64,000 nt of DNA, from the NCBI GenBank assembly GCA_049997875.1, contig JBEKRC010000001.1, forward strand, positions 14,775 through 78,774, in the 5' to 3' direction. The stretch's first letter is position 1, and every line of letters starts with the position of its first letter. The translations under genes and the position numbers were made by a program. Source of the DNA: Minisyncoccia bacterium (lineage in GTDB: Bacteria; Patescibacteriota; Minisyncoccia; UBA6257; 2-01-FULL-56-20). Of this stretch, positions 1-16,928 are shown in pieces. The notes beneath the pieces are model-generated. The model ran no database searches and was not told the origin of the DNA. It saw only the letters and a program-made list of their open reading frames with translations.

Positions 1-1
1 T

Positions 2-619
2 CCATTTTCTGACCTCGATGATTTTTTCAGGAAAATCGGCAAGACTGCGAAAGCGAGAGGTAGAAAGTTTATTTCAGCCTATTGGGACCGACTGGATGCT
101 TTAAGCCATGCCGAAGGAACGGAAAGCGAACGCACAATCCGACATTTCAGAGAGTTGGACAAGAAAATATCTGAACTGGCGAAATCGCTAAAAGATACCA
201 ATACAACCATCATCGTGACGGCAGATCATGGATTGGTTAATCGCAGCAAGGACAAAATCATCGATTTGAAAAATCATCCCAAACTCCAAGACATGCTTGT
301 CGTGCCGCTCACCGGGGATGCCCGCACCGTCTATTGTTACGTAAGGCCAGACGCAACAAAACAATTTGAGAAGTACGTGAAAACGAAGCTTAGAAAGTTC
401 TGTGAACTTTACAAGAGCGATGATCTTATAGAAAGAGGTTTTTTCGGCTTATACAAACCACATAAAAAGTTAAAGGACAGAGTTGGAGATTACACCATCA
501 TCATGAAGGAAAACTATATCATTCAAGACCATGTTCCCGGCGCAGAAAAGAAAAATCATATCGGCCGGCATGGAGGTATAAGCAAAGAGGAGATGTATGT
601 TCCGTTAATCGTCATCTGA
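2..619 (+). CDS. Alkaline phosphatase superfamily / nucleotide pyrophosphatase-like protein (5' partial)
   Basis: Frame is open from base 2. Motifs are D-x-L-S-H, IIVTADHG and C-terminal GRHGG..EEMYVPL. Confidence 0.8.
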   Translation, partial: PFSDLDDFFRKIGKTAKARGRKFISAYWDRLDALSHAEGTESERTIRHFRELDKKISELAKSLKDTNTTIIVTADHGLVNRSKDKIIDLKNHPKLQDMLVVPLTGDARTVYCYVRPDATKQFEKYVKTKLRKFCELYKSDDLIERGFFGLYKPHKKLKDRVGDYTIIMKENYIIQDHVPGAEKKNHIGRHGGISKEEMYVPLIVI

Positions 620-702
620 AGGATACGGAAAGATAACTTCCTTGTGCAGATTTTACGATACTAAACCAGATCGGTGACTTTTCGAAAGTAATAGCTTATA
701 TT

Positions 703-1527
703 TCACAACGCAACCCTCTTCAATTTTGCGGCTTTCCCAAACCACCTGTGGGACAACCGCACATACGCCGGCGTGATGTCCGTAACAAGGAATTCCCTTT
801 TGCGCTTCCTGCTCAACTGCGAATTTATCTCCGGGTGTCGCTTTAAATAATCTTTTAACTTGTGAGGGATGATCTCGTCCTGCGAAATGACGGCAACGCC
901 TGAGATTTTTCTAATCATTGTTTTGAGTGCTGGATAATGGGTGCACCCGAGGATTATTTTTTCTACTTTTTTCTTGGCAAGCGGCGCGAGATACGCCCGC
1001 ACGATGGGCTCTGCCCAGCGCAGTCCGTCATTCTCAATTAGGGGAACGAGTAGTGGCGCGGCACTTTGGAAAACTTTCACGTGCGGGTTCAGCTTGTGCG
1101 TCTCGCGTACATATGTCCCCGACCGGACCGTGCCGTTGGTGGCGAGCACGCCGAGCCGCTTTATCTCTGGGGCATGCCTGATATTGCCCTTACCGCCAAC
1201 CGCGAGCGCTTCTTCTACGGTCGGGATTATCACGCCGAGGACTCGCCGCTTTGGATAATGATGGGGGAGATGTTGCCGCTGAATCTTCCGGAGCGCCTCC
1301 GCGGAAGCCGTGTTGCACGCAACGACAATAAGCCCGCAATTTTTTTCGCGGAAAAGATATCCCACTGCCTCTTTTAAAAATTGATGTACCGTCTCCGGCG
1401 AACGATTGCCATACGGCACCCGTTGCGTGTCGCCGAGATAGACGTAATCATATCGCGGAAGCTCGCGCGCCAAAGCCCGCATGATGAACAATCCGCCGAG
1501 GCCCGAGTCAAATACCCCGATCTTCAT
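703..1527 (-). CDS. murI: Glutamate racemase
   Basis: IGVFDSGLGG, YLGDTQRVPYG, VACNTAS, LGCTHYP. Confidence 0.97.
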   Translation of the reverse strand: MKIGVFDSGLGGLFIMRALARELPRYDYVYLGDTQRVPYGNRSPETVHQFLKEAVGYLFREKNCGLIVVACNTASAEALRKIQRQHLPHHYPKRRVLGVIIPTVEEALAVGGKGNIRHAPEIKRLGVLATNGTVRSGTYVRETHKLNPHVKVFQSAAPLLVPLIENDGLRWAEPIVRAYLAPLAKKKVEKIILGCTHYPALKTMIRKISGVAVISQDEIIPHKLKDYLKRHPEINSQLSRKRKREFLVTDITPAYVRLSHRWFGKAAKLKRVAL

Positions 1528-2798
1528 CCAATCACGTTCTTACCAACATACTTCTGTAACACCTTCGGCACTTCAATCTTCCCATCCTTCGTCTGGTAGT
1601 TTTCCAAAATCGCCATGAAGATCCGCGGGCTCGGGAGCGCAGTGTTATTCAGTAGATACACAAACTTTTTATTTCCCGCAGCATCAACATACTTCACATT
1701 CAGCCGACGCGCCTGCCAGTCCAAAAAGTCGCTCGCAGAACCGGTTTCCGCCCAGCGCTTCCCCACTGGAAGCCATGCTTCCAGATCAAATGCGCGATAC
1801 TTCCCCGGACTCATGTCGCCCGAACAGAGCTGTATGCGCCGATAGGGCAGCCCAAGCTCCTCGTGCATCTCACCGGAAATCGCCGTCATCTCATCCTGTA
1901 GCTTGTTCGCCTTTGAAATATCGGCTTCGGCAACCACCACCTGCTCTACTTTCATAAATTCGTGAACACGGTACATTCCTTTCACATCCTTCCCATAACT
2001 GCCTATCTCGCTCCGGTAGCACTGGCTGTAACCGCATATTTTTATCGGAAGATCTTCCACCTTGAGCGTCTCGTCGGCAAAGTATGCGAGGAGTGACGGT
2101 TCCGCCGTCCCCACAAGAAACTTTTTCTCGTGGCTCAATTCTCCGCTTGCCTCCCTGTCCGAGGTTGCTATCTGGTAAATTTCATCCACCGCGGGGTCAT
2201 ATTCAAATCCCTTGAAATAACCGCTGCCGAAGAGCGCGGAGCCCTTCACGAGCGTTGGCGGGATCATCGGCTTGTATCCCTTCTCCACCATTTTTTGGAG
2301 CGCGTACATCATAATGCCCATCATCAAAAGCGCCCCGTCGCCCTTCACGTAATAGCCGCGAAAGCCCGCGACCTTCGTCCCCCGCTCAAAATCCAGAATG
2401 TTGAGCGCCGTGCCGAGCTCTATGTGGTCTTTCGGCGTGAAATCAAATTCCTTTTGCTTCCCCCAACGATAGATCTCGGGGTTGTCCTCGCCGCTCTTTC
2501 CAACTGGCGTATCGGGAGAAATGATGTTCGGCACGAGCGCCATCAGTTCATTGAACTCCCGCTCTCTTGTTTTCAGTTCCTCTTCTTCACTCTTGAACTG
2601 CTCTTTTAATTTTTTTGCCTCGTCGCGATCCTTGGTCGCCTTTTGCTTCGCGCGCAATCCCTCCGCGGCCTGGATGCGCTCCCGCCGCGCCTTGTCCACG
2701 CGGAGAAGCTCGTCGATCACCTTCGGATCCAAATTCTTTTTCGCCGCAACGTCCTTCAGAAGTTCCGCATTCTCGCGGATAAATTTGATGTCCAACAT
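1524..2798 (-). CDS. serS: Serine--tRNA ligase
   Basis: MLDIKFIREN start at 2798, coiled coil, GTAE, YRSEIG...YRVHEFMKVEQ, LNNTALPSPR. Confidence 0.97.
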   Translation of the reverse strand: MLDIKFIRENAELLKDVAAKKNLDPKVIDELLRVDKARRERIQAAEGLRAKQKATKDRDEAKKLKEQFKSEEEELKTREREFNELMALVPNIISPDTPVGKSGEDNPEIYRWGKQKEFDFTPKDHIELGTALNILDFERGTKVAGFRGYYVKGDGALLMMGIMMYALQKMVEKGYKPMIPPTLVKGSALFGSGYFKGFEYDPAVDEIYQIATSDREASGELSHEKKFLVGTAEPSLLAYFADETLKVEDLPIKICGYSQCYRSEIGSYGKDVKGMYRVHEFMKVEQVVVAEADISKANKLQDEMTAISGEMHEELGLPYRRIQLCSGDMSPGKYRAFDLEAWLPVGKRWAETGSASDFLDWQARRLNVKYVDAAGNKKFVYLLNNTALPSPRIFMAILENYQTKDGKIEVPKVLQKYVGKNVIG

Positions 2799-2886
2799 AT
2801 TGATTTTCATTCTATACCATTGAACGCGAAAGGTGAAGCGTGGTATGCTTTTTATGGATAGCAATTTGTCACAAAGGAGGGCGGGA

Positions 2887-3138
2887 ATGAAACGAGCCGC
2901 GTTCACGGTATTATTGTTGCTATTTGTTCTATTCTCCTTTCTACCGCTGTTTGCAAGCGCGAATGGCGGAATAATGGTGAATGGACAAACCGTTGTGATC
3001 GCAAAAGAAGGGCTGCCGCCGATGGTCCAGAAAAAAGTCCCCAACCAAAAGAAGTTGAAAAGGATGGGGAGGCGGCTCATAAACCATGGAAAAGTACATG
3101 TCGGGAGAATAGGACACAAAGACAACCTTCTGCATTGA
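2887..3138 (+). CDS. Small secreted hypothetical protein (83 aa)
   Basis: AAGGAGG upstream, signal peptide MKRAAFTVLLLLFVLFSFLPLFASA, downstream terminator. Confidence 0.6.
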   Translation: MKRAAFTVLLLLFVLFSFLPLFASANGGIMVNGQTVVIAKEGLPPMVQKKVPNQKKLKRMGRRLINHGKVHVGRIGHKDNLLH

Positions 3139-3157
3139 TCGGCAATCCTTGCAAGCA

Positions 3158-3210
3158 CCTCCGCGGAGCGTTCACGGCCAGCGCCGGCGCCTCCGCGGAG
3201 GATTTTTATT
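3158..3210 (+). terminator. Probable intrinsic terminator
   Basis: CCTCCGCGGAG...CTCCGCGGAGG stem followed by ATTTTTATTT. Confidence 0.5.
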
Positions 3211-3258
3211 TCAATGAAATCTTGAAAATGCGTGACTTTCGGCTTACAATATGTATAT

Positions 3259-5010
3259 ATGGGTAAATCCGAATCTGTTCCGCTTGACGCCATCCGCCAC
3301 TCGCTCGCGCACTTGCTCGCGGCGGCGGTTTTGAAAGAATTCCCGGAGGCGAAACTCGGCATCGGCCCCACGATCGAGAACGGCTTTTATTATGACTTTC
3401 TCCTTCCACGGACGCTCATACCGGACGACTTGAAGACACTTGAAAAAGCAATGCGCGAGCTCGCGAAAAAGAACCTGCCGTTTGCGGGCGAGGAAATTTC
3501 TGCTGCCGAAGCAAAGAAATTATTTGCAAAACAACCATTTAAACTGGAGCTTATCAAGGAACTCGCGGATGCCCATGAGAAGATCGGTATCTACCGCACG
3601 GGCGAGGTTTTTCTGGATCTCTGCCGCGGTGGCCACGTCACGAACACGAAGGAAATCCCGCTTGATGGATTCAAGCTGGACAAAATTGCGGGCGCTTACT
3701 GGCGCGGCGACGAGAAAAATCCGATGCTCCAGCGTATCTACGGCCTCGCGTTCGGAAGCAAAAAAGAATTGGACGACTTTTTGAAGCTCCGCGAGGAAGC
3801 CGAGAAGCGCGACCACAAAAAGCTCGGTGAGCGGCTGGATCTTTTTACGTTTTCTGACCTCGTGGGGCCGGGACTTCCTCTTTGGACCCCGAAGGGCACG
3901 CTCCTCCGCAATCTCTTGGACGACTTTGTTTGGGAACTCCGTAAAAAGCGCGGCTATGTGCAGGTGGACATTCCCCACCTCGCGAAAAAAGAACTTTATG
4001 AAACAAGCGGCCACTGGGAAAAATTCAAAGACGATCTTTTCAAGATAACGACGCGCGAGGGGCACCTCTTCGCGATGAAGCCGATGAACTGCCCGCATCA
4101 CGCACAGATCTACGCGCGGCGGCAATGGAGCTACCGTGAACTCCCCCAGCGGTATGCCACGACGACCAAAGTGTATCGCGACGAGCAGTCGGGAGAACTC
4201 GCGGGAATCACGCGCGTGCTCGCAATCACGCAAGACGATGCGCACGTGTTCTGCCGCGAGTCGCAGGCCAAAGAGGAATTCGGGAAAATCTGGGATATTG
4301 TGCACGAGTTCTACGGCGTGTTCGGTTTTTCGCTTCGCGTGCGGCTCTCGCTCCACGATCCCATGCATCCCGAAAAATACCTTGGCGACGCGAAGCATTG
4401 GAAACGGGCGGAAACCATGCTCCGCGAGATCGCTGCGGAGAAAAAAGCGGCCGCGTTCGAGGGCGCTGGCGAGGCGGCGTTCTACGGCCCGAAACTGGAC
4501 TTCATGGCAAAGGACGCGCTCGGCCGTGAACACCAAGTGGCGACCATCCAACTAGATATGAACATGCCGGAGCGTTTTGACCTTTTCTGCGTAAACGAGA
4601 AAGGCGAACGCGAGCGGATCGTAATGATCCACGCCGCCATCATGGGCTCCATTGAACGGTTCCTCGGCGTGCTTATCGAACATTTTGCCGGCGCATTTCC
4701 GGTCTGGCTCGCGCCCGTGCAGGCAACCGTACTCCCCATAAGCGAAAAATTTTCGGGATATGCGCACGAGGTTTATGAAAAACTTACGACTGCCGGCGTC
4801 CGCGCCGAACTTTCCGAAGCGAACGAATCGCTCAGCAAGCGCATCCGCGAGGCCGAACTCATGAAGATTCCCTACGTGCTCGTGGTTGGCGAGAAAGAAC
4901 AAAAAAACGGCACGGTGGCCGCACGGACAAGAAAAGGAGACGAGGGCTCGCAGAATTTGGATGATTTTCTGAAGAATATCAGAGAAAATATTGAGAGAAA
5001 AAAGCTGTAA
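3259..5010 (+). CDS. thrS: Threonine--tRNA ligase (short form lacking TGS domain)
   Basis: IRHSLAHLLA, DLCRGGHV, RDHKKLG, KPMNCPHH, QDDAHVF, GSIERF. Confidence 0.97.
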   Translation: MGKSESVPLDAIRHSLAHLLAAAVLKEFPEAKLGIGPTIENGFYYDFLLPRTLIPDDLKTLEKAMRELAKKNLPFAGEEISAAEAKKLFAKQPFKLELIKELADAHEKIGIYRTGEVFLDLCRGGHVTNTKEIPLDGFKLDKIAGAYWRGDEKNPMLQRIYGLAFGSKKELDDFLKLREEAEKRDHKKLGERLDLFTFSDLVGPGLPLWTPKGTLLRNLLDDFVWELRKKRGYVQVDIPHLAKKELYETSGHWEKFKDDLFKITTREGHLFAMKPMNCPHHAQIYARRQWSYRELPQRYATTTKVYRDEQSGELAGITRVLAITQDDAHVFCRESQAKEEFGKIWDIVHEFYGVFGFSLRVRLSLHDPMHPEKYLGDAKHWKRAETMLREIAAEKKAAAFEGAGEAAFYGPKLDFMAKDALGREHQVATIQLDMNMPERFDLFCVNEKGERERIVMIHAAIMGSIERFLGVLIEHFAGAFPVWLAPVQATVLPISEKFSGYAHEVYEKLTTAGVRAELSEANESLSKRIREAELMKIPYVLVVGEKEQKNGTVAARTRKGDEGSQNLDDFLKNIRENIERKKL

Positions 5011-5020
5011 AAAGGAAAGA

Positions 5021-5158
5021 AGCCTGGATGGCATGTGGTCGGGTGGGTCCGGGTGAGCGCAAGGGTGCGATAGGCCACAATACTCTCCAGGCTGAAAGAT
5101 CCGAGGGGTCCATCCTCGGATGGCTAACCATGATACTCAGGCGGGGAAACTTACCTAG
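5021..5158 (+). ncRNA. Candidate structured RNA between thrS and miaA
   Basis: Stems AGCCTGGA/TCCAGGCT, TGTGGTC/GGCCACA and ATCCGAGG/CCTCGGAT, plus a GAAA-capped hairpin. Confidence 0.35.
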
Positions 5159-5176
5159 AAGGAATAATACCATCTT

Positions 5177-6118
5177 ATGAAACCGCTGTCAAGTGCACGC
5201 CCTCGCTTGAAATTAGTGGCTATCGTTGGCCCAACAGCAAGCGGAAAAACCACCCTCGCGGCCGCCCTAGCCAAAAAGTTCAATAGTGAAATCGTCTCCG
5301 CCGATTCGCGACAGATCTACCGCGGGATGGACATCGGTACGGCAAAGCCGACAAAGCAGGAGCGGCGCGCCGTCCCCCATCATCTTATTGATATAAAAAA
5401 TCCGGACGAGCATTATACGGTCGCAGAGTACAAGGCGGATGCCATTGCCGCGATCAAAAACATTTTGCGGAGAAAAAAACTGCCCATTCTTGTCGGCGGC
5501 ACGGGACTGTACGTAAGGGCGGTACTGGACAACCTTGACATCCCAAAAGTAAGCGCGGACCCAACGCTACGCGCCGCGATTGAAGGCGAAATCAAGAAAA
5601 AAGGGCTCGCCGCAGTCGCGAAAAAACTTGTGGCGCTTGATCCCGAAGCAGCGGACATCGTAGATCTGAAAAATCCGCGGCGCGTCGTGCGGGCGCTTGA
5701 GGTCGCGCTCGCGACCGGGAAACCATTCACCGCCCAGCGCAAAATGCGCCCGCCGCTTTTTGACACGCTCAAAATCGGCCTCGATCCCCCGCCAGACGAA
5801 CTCCGCAAGCGCATCAACGCCCGCGTGGACCGGATGATGCGCGCCGGACTCCTCACGGAAGTCAAGCATCTCTTGAAAAAATATAGTGCCGATTGCGAGG
5901 CGTTGAGCGCCATCGGCTACCGCGAGCTTGTAAACCACCTCCAAGGAAAAATTTCCCTCAAAGATGCGGTGGCGCGCATCAAAATCAACACGTGGCGCTA
6001 CGCCAAACGCCAGTTAACGTGGTTCGGGAAAGATAAAGACCTTCACTGGATCCGGCAACCTCGCGAGGCCATAGTGTCCTTCAAGCGCCATTCAGGTGCC
6101 GTTCAAAAAGTTCTTTGA
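5177..6118 (+). CDS. miaA: tRNA dimethylallyltransferase
   Basis: GPTASGKT, SADSRQIYRGMDIGTAKP, VGGTGLY, YAKRQLTW. Confidence 0.97.
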   Translation: MKPLSSARPRLKLVAIVGPTASGKTTLAAALAKKFNSEIVSADSRQIYRGMDIGTAKPTKQERRAVPHHLIDIKNPDEHYTVAEYKADAIAAIKNILRRKKLPILVGGTGLYVRAVLDNLDIPKVSADPTLRAAIEGEIKKKGLAAVAKKLVALDPEAADIVDLKNPRRVVRALEVALATGKPFTAQRKMRPPLFDTLKIGLDPPPDELRKRINARVDRMMRAGLLTEVKHLLKKYSADCEALSAIGYRELVNHLQGKISLKDAVARIKINTWRYAKRQLTWFGKDKDLHWIRQPREAIVSFKRHSGAVQKVL

Positions 6119-7505
6119 GCGTCGTGGGCTGCGCGCGGCCCTTCAATTTCCCCATCGCCTTGCCGATCAGAAACTGCAGACTGGCGGTCTTGCCCTTTTT
6201 ATAGTCGGCAACGGCGGTTGGATTTTCCGCAACGACCGCGCGCACGACCGCCGCTATCTCGCCCTCATCAGAGACCACGCCAATGCCCTCGCTTGCGGCG
6301 ATCTCCTCCGGATCATCGCCGGTCGCAAACATTTTCGCGAGCATATCCTTCGCCTGGCGACTTGTTATTTTCTTTTCTTCAATGAGCGCCGCGAGGTGCG
6401 CGAGGTGCTCCGGTGCCACTTTCAATTCCGAGAATGCCACATTATCCTCGTTCATCAAACCGCGCAAGTCGCTCGTAAGATAATTATAGAGCGTCGCAAC
6501 GGCGGTGGCGGACAAACGTTCACCCGGCAACTGCTCGCGAAGCTCCGACGCCGCTTCTTCAAAATAATTTGCGGCGAAAAGGTCAGAGACCAAAATTTCC
6601 ACCTGCGGCGCAGCGAGGCCGTATTCATGCGCGAATCGCACTCGCTTTTGCGCGGGAAGTTCGGGCAGCGTCTCGCGCAACCTTTCGGGCTCAAACGCAG
6701 CCGTCTCAAACGGCGGGATATCCGGCTCGGGGAAATAGCGGTAATCGTGCGCCTCCTCTTTTGATCGCTGTGACGCGGTTTTTTGTTTCGTATCGTCCCA
6801 CCCGCGCGTTTCTTGCGTCAACTTCTCCCCGCGCACGAGCACCTCTTCCTGCCGTGCGAGTTCATATTCCACCGCATCATGCACCGCCTTGAACGAATTA
6901 ATGTTTTTGAGCTCCACTTTCGTGCCCATATCCAGGCTCACGTTCACCTCAATGCGCATCTCCCCTTTTTCCATGTCGGCGTCCGAAACGCCAAGATAGC
7001 GCACTATGAGCTGAAGCTCACGCGCGAAAGCAGCCGTGTCGTCCGCACTATGCAAGTCCGGCTCCGTCACAAGTTCCATCAAAGGCACGCCGGAACGGTT
7101 GTAATCCACGAGCGAGGCACCCTCCGCGTGCACGAGCGTCCCCGTGTCTTCTTCCAGGTGGACCCGCCGGATGCGGACGCCCATCAATTCGCCGCCGTGG
7201 ATGAGCGGCCTGTCGTACTGCGAAATCTGATAACCCTTCGGGAGGTCGGGATAGAAATAATTTTTGCGGTCAAACTTGGTAACCGCGTTCACGTGTCCGC
7301 CAAGCGCGAGTCCGGTTTTCAGCACGTACGCTATCGCTTGTTTGTTTGGAACAGGCAATGTCCCCGGATGCCCGAGGCACACCGGGCAGACGTTCGTGTT
7401 TGGACGCTTTTCCCCGGGATTATTCAGTGAATCGCAGAACATCTTCGTCCGCGTTTTCAATTCCGCGTGGATCTCCAAGCCAATGGTCGGTTGATGCCCT
7501 GCCAT
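6081..7505 (-). CDS. gatB: Asp/Glu-tRNA amidotransferase subunit B
   Basis: IGLEIHAEL, CPVCLGHPGTLP, RKNYFYPDLPKGYQISQ, DYRYFPEPD. Confidence 0.97.
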   Translation of the reverse strand: MAGHQPTIGLEIHAELKTRTKMFCDSLNNPGEKRPNTNVCPVCLGHPGTLPVPNKQAIAYVLKTGLALGGHVNAVTKFDRKNYFYPDLPKGYQISQYDRPLIHGGELMGVRIRRVHLEEDTGTLVHAEGASLVDYNRSGVPLMELVTEPDLHSADDTAAFARELQLIVRYLGVSDADMEKGEMRIEVNVSLDMGTKVELKNINSFKAVHDAVEYELARQEEVLVRGEKLTQETRGWDDTKQKTASQRSKEEAHDYRYFPEPDIPPFETAAFEPERLRETLPELPAQKRVRFAHEYGLAAPQVEILVSDLFAANYFEEAASELREQLPGERLSATAVATLYNYLTSDLRGLMNEDNVAFSELKVAPEHLAHLAALIEEKKITSRQAKDMLAKMFATGDDPEEIAASEGIGVVSDEGEIAAVVRAVVAENPTAVADYKKGKTASLQFLIGKAMGKLKGRAQPTTLKELFERHLNGA

Positions 7506-7538
7506 TGGCTTGATTATCCACAATTCGCGCGATGCATG

Positions 7539-8222
7539 TCAACCCAAAACTTTTTGGACGACTTGCCACACAAGGGCATGGATCTCGTCCGGTGAAAGAA
7601 GGACGCCTCCCGGCGCGCATTCAATCACTTCAAATTCCGCGGGAAAAAGCGCGGCGATTTCCAGGTATACTTCCTCCGCACGCTTCTGGTACGCGAAGTC
7701 CGCCTCGTGGAGGTCGCGTGCTTCGTTCCCACCTCCTCGGTGCTCCCGCACATGACTTTTTCCCGCAAGCTTGTAGGAAATTTCCGCGGGCACATGGAGC
7801 ACGATAGTCATGTCCGGCTTTGGAACGCCGAAGGTTCCAAATTCCAGCTCATGGAGCCAACGGTAAAATTTTTCGCGCTCTCCCCTGTGAGCAATCTTTG
7901 CTCCTTGATACGCCATGTTGGATGCGACGTAGCGGTTCGCGAGAATGATCCTTTCCTCTCCCAACCACTGAAGGATTTTCAATTTGACGTCAAAGCGATC
8001 CACGGCGAAAAGGATAGACGCCGCATGCGGTCCGAGCTCACCGCCGTATTTCCCGGTGAGATATTTCTCCACGAAATAGGAAGACGGCTCGCCGTACTGC
8101 GGGAAGTCCAGCGTCCCCAGCTTCGTGCCTTCTGGCAACGCGAGCACCAGCCGCTCAAACTGCACGGTCTTCCCCGAGCCGTCCGTTCCCTCTATCACGA
8201 TGAATTTGCCCCTTGCCGCCAT
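7539..8222 (-). CDS. tmk: Thymidylate kinase
   Basis: FIVIEGTDGSGKT P-loop, DFPQY, NRYVASNMAYQ. Confidence 0.92.
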   Translation of the reverse strand: MAARGKFIVIEGTDGSGKTVQFERLVLALPEGTKLGTLDFPQYGEPSSYFVEKYLTGKYGGELGPHAASILFAVDRFDVKLKILQWLGEERIILANRYVASNMAYQGAKIAHRGEREKFYRWLHELEFGTFGVPKPDMTIVLHVPAEISYKLAGKSHVREHRGGGNEARDLHEADFAYQKRAEEVYLEIAALFPAEFEVIECAPGGVLLSPDEIHALVWQVVQKVLG

Positions 8223-8298
8223 GGCGATTCACCTCATTATATACCTTTTCGCCCTGAAAACATTTCTCCAGGCCCCGCCGCTCACAATAGCAATGCAG

Positions 8299-8724
8299 TC
8301 ACTCTACCACCTCAATTCCCATGTTCCGCGCGGTGCCGCGGATAATTTTTTCCGCCGCGTCCAAGTTGTCGGTGTTCAAGTCCGGCAGCTTCTTTTCTGC
8401 AATCTTCCGCACGTCTGCTTTTGTCACCTTTCCCACTTTCGTCGTAAGCGGATTCCCGGAACCCTTTTCAATGCCGGCAGCTTTTTTCAAGAGCGCTGCG
8501 GCCGGCGGGGTTTTTAAAATAAACTTGAAGCTGCGGTCTTCATAAATGGTAATAAGCGCCGGCACGACATCTCCCTTCATGTCCTTGGTCGCGTCGTTGA
8601 ACTGCTTGCAGAATTCTTGCAGATTGATGCCCTGCGGGCCCAACACCGTGCCCACCGGAGGCGCCGGATTCGCCGCTCCCGCCGGAAGCTGCAGCTTCAA
8701 AGTTGTTTTGATCTTCTTGGCCAT
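8299..8724 (-). CDS. rplK: 50S ribosomal protein L11
   Basis: [35 protein letters not shown]. Confidence 0.98.
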   Translation of the reverse strand: MAKKIKTTLKLQLPAGAANPAPPVGTVLGPQGINLQEFCKQFNDATKDMKGDVVPALITIYEDRSFKFILKTPPAAALLKKAAGIEKGSGNPLTTKVGKVTKADVRKIAEKKLPDLNTDNLDAAEKIIRGTARNMGIEVVE

Positions 8725-8784
8725 GTGAGAAATAGAATACAAAACTATCCCATAAAAATCAAATGTGGTATGATAAGCATATCC

Positions 8785-9548
<764 letters not shown>

Positions 9549-9598
9549 CTACCACACGTGCCATTAAAAACATCTTAAAGAAAACTTGACAGCGGCCT

Positions 9599-9662
9599 GG
9601 GTGCGCTACTCGTGTTTGGGCGACTTCGTCTTCGCAGGAACCCAAACACGAGTAGCGCACCC
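9599..9662 (-). repeat. 22-bp perfect hairpin, copy 1 of a covarying family
   Basis: Arms 9599-9620 and 9641-9662. Minus-strand loop is TTCCTGCGAAGACGAAGTCG. Confidence 0.85.
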
Positions 9663-9666
9663 TCGG

Positions 9667-10110
9667 TCACCCCAAGATTTCTTCTATCTTCTTCTCCAGC
9701 GCTTCGTTAGAAAGCGGGCGGGGCGCCGCCGAAGGCCGAGGTTCAGAAAGTGCTCTCCCGCGTTTTGGCGCGCGGAACGGGAACGAAGGCATGGCGGTGG
9801 GTTCCCGCTGTACGGCGACGGGAGATGCCACGGTAATCATTGAACGAATCACGTCTGGCTGCGTGCGGAGGTCATGTTCAAGGTTTTTTGCGTCTTCCCC
9901 CAACGCCGCAAATACACAGGAAACAAAGACTGCCTCCATGTTTCCTTTAATCTTGTATGCAAGCGCTATTTTTTTTGCGCGCGGTTCCGCGACTACCTCG
10001 CCGTTATGCTGACGGACAAGCTCCATCATGCGCGCAGCGTCGTCCTCGCTTTTGAGGAGAAGCGCAAGCTCATAGGTCTTTGTATCCGTTTCCATTTCTG
10101 CGTCGTCCAT
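9667..10110 (-). CDS. rpsF: 30S ribosomal protein S6
   Basis: YELALLL, LAYKIK, VIRSMI, next to ssb. Confidence 0.88.
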   Translation of the reverse strand: MDDAEMETDTKTYELALLLKSEDDAARMMELVRQHNGEVVAEPRAKKIALAYKIKGNMEAVFVSCVFAALGEDAKNLEHDLRTQPDVIRSMITVASPVAVQREPTAMPSFPFRAPKRGRALSEPRPSAAPRPLSNEALEKKIEEILG

Positions 10111-10149
10111 GGCGTGGTCAGTATAATGGAAGCGCTGTGGTCTGTCCAG

Positions 10150-16881
<6,732 letters not shown>

Positions 16882-16928
16882 TACACACAAAAACGGTGCC
16901 ACTCTTTATTCCAAGAGGTCCCGTTGGC

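Noticed and set aside
2799-3371. Apparent 190-aa N-terminal extension of SerS in the ORF track
   Set aside because: SerS homology starts at MLDIK (2798). The extension overlaps two plus-strand genes.
5021-5158. SRP RNA, RNase P, tmRNA or T-box
   Set aside because: Their diagnostic consensus motifs were not found on either strand.
6081-6118. Convergent miaA/gatB 3' overlap
   Set aside because: Short tail overlaps are ordinary in compact genomes.
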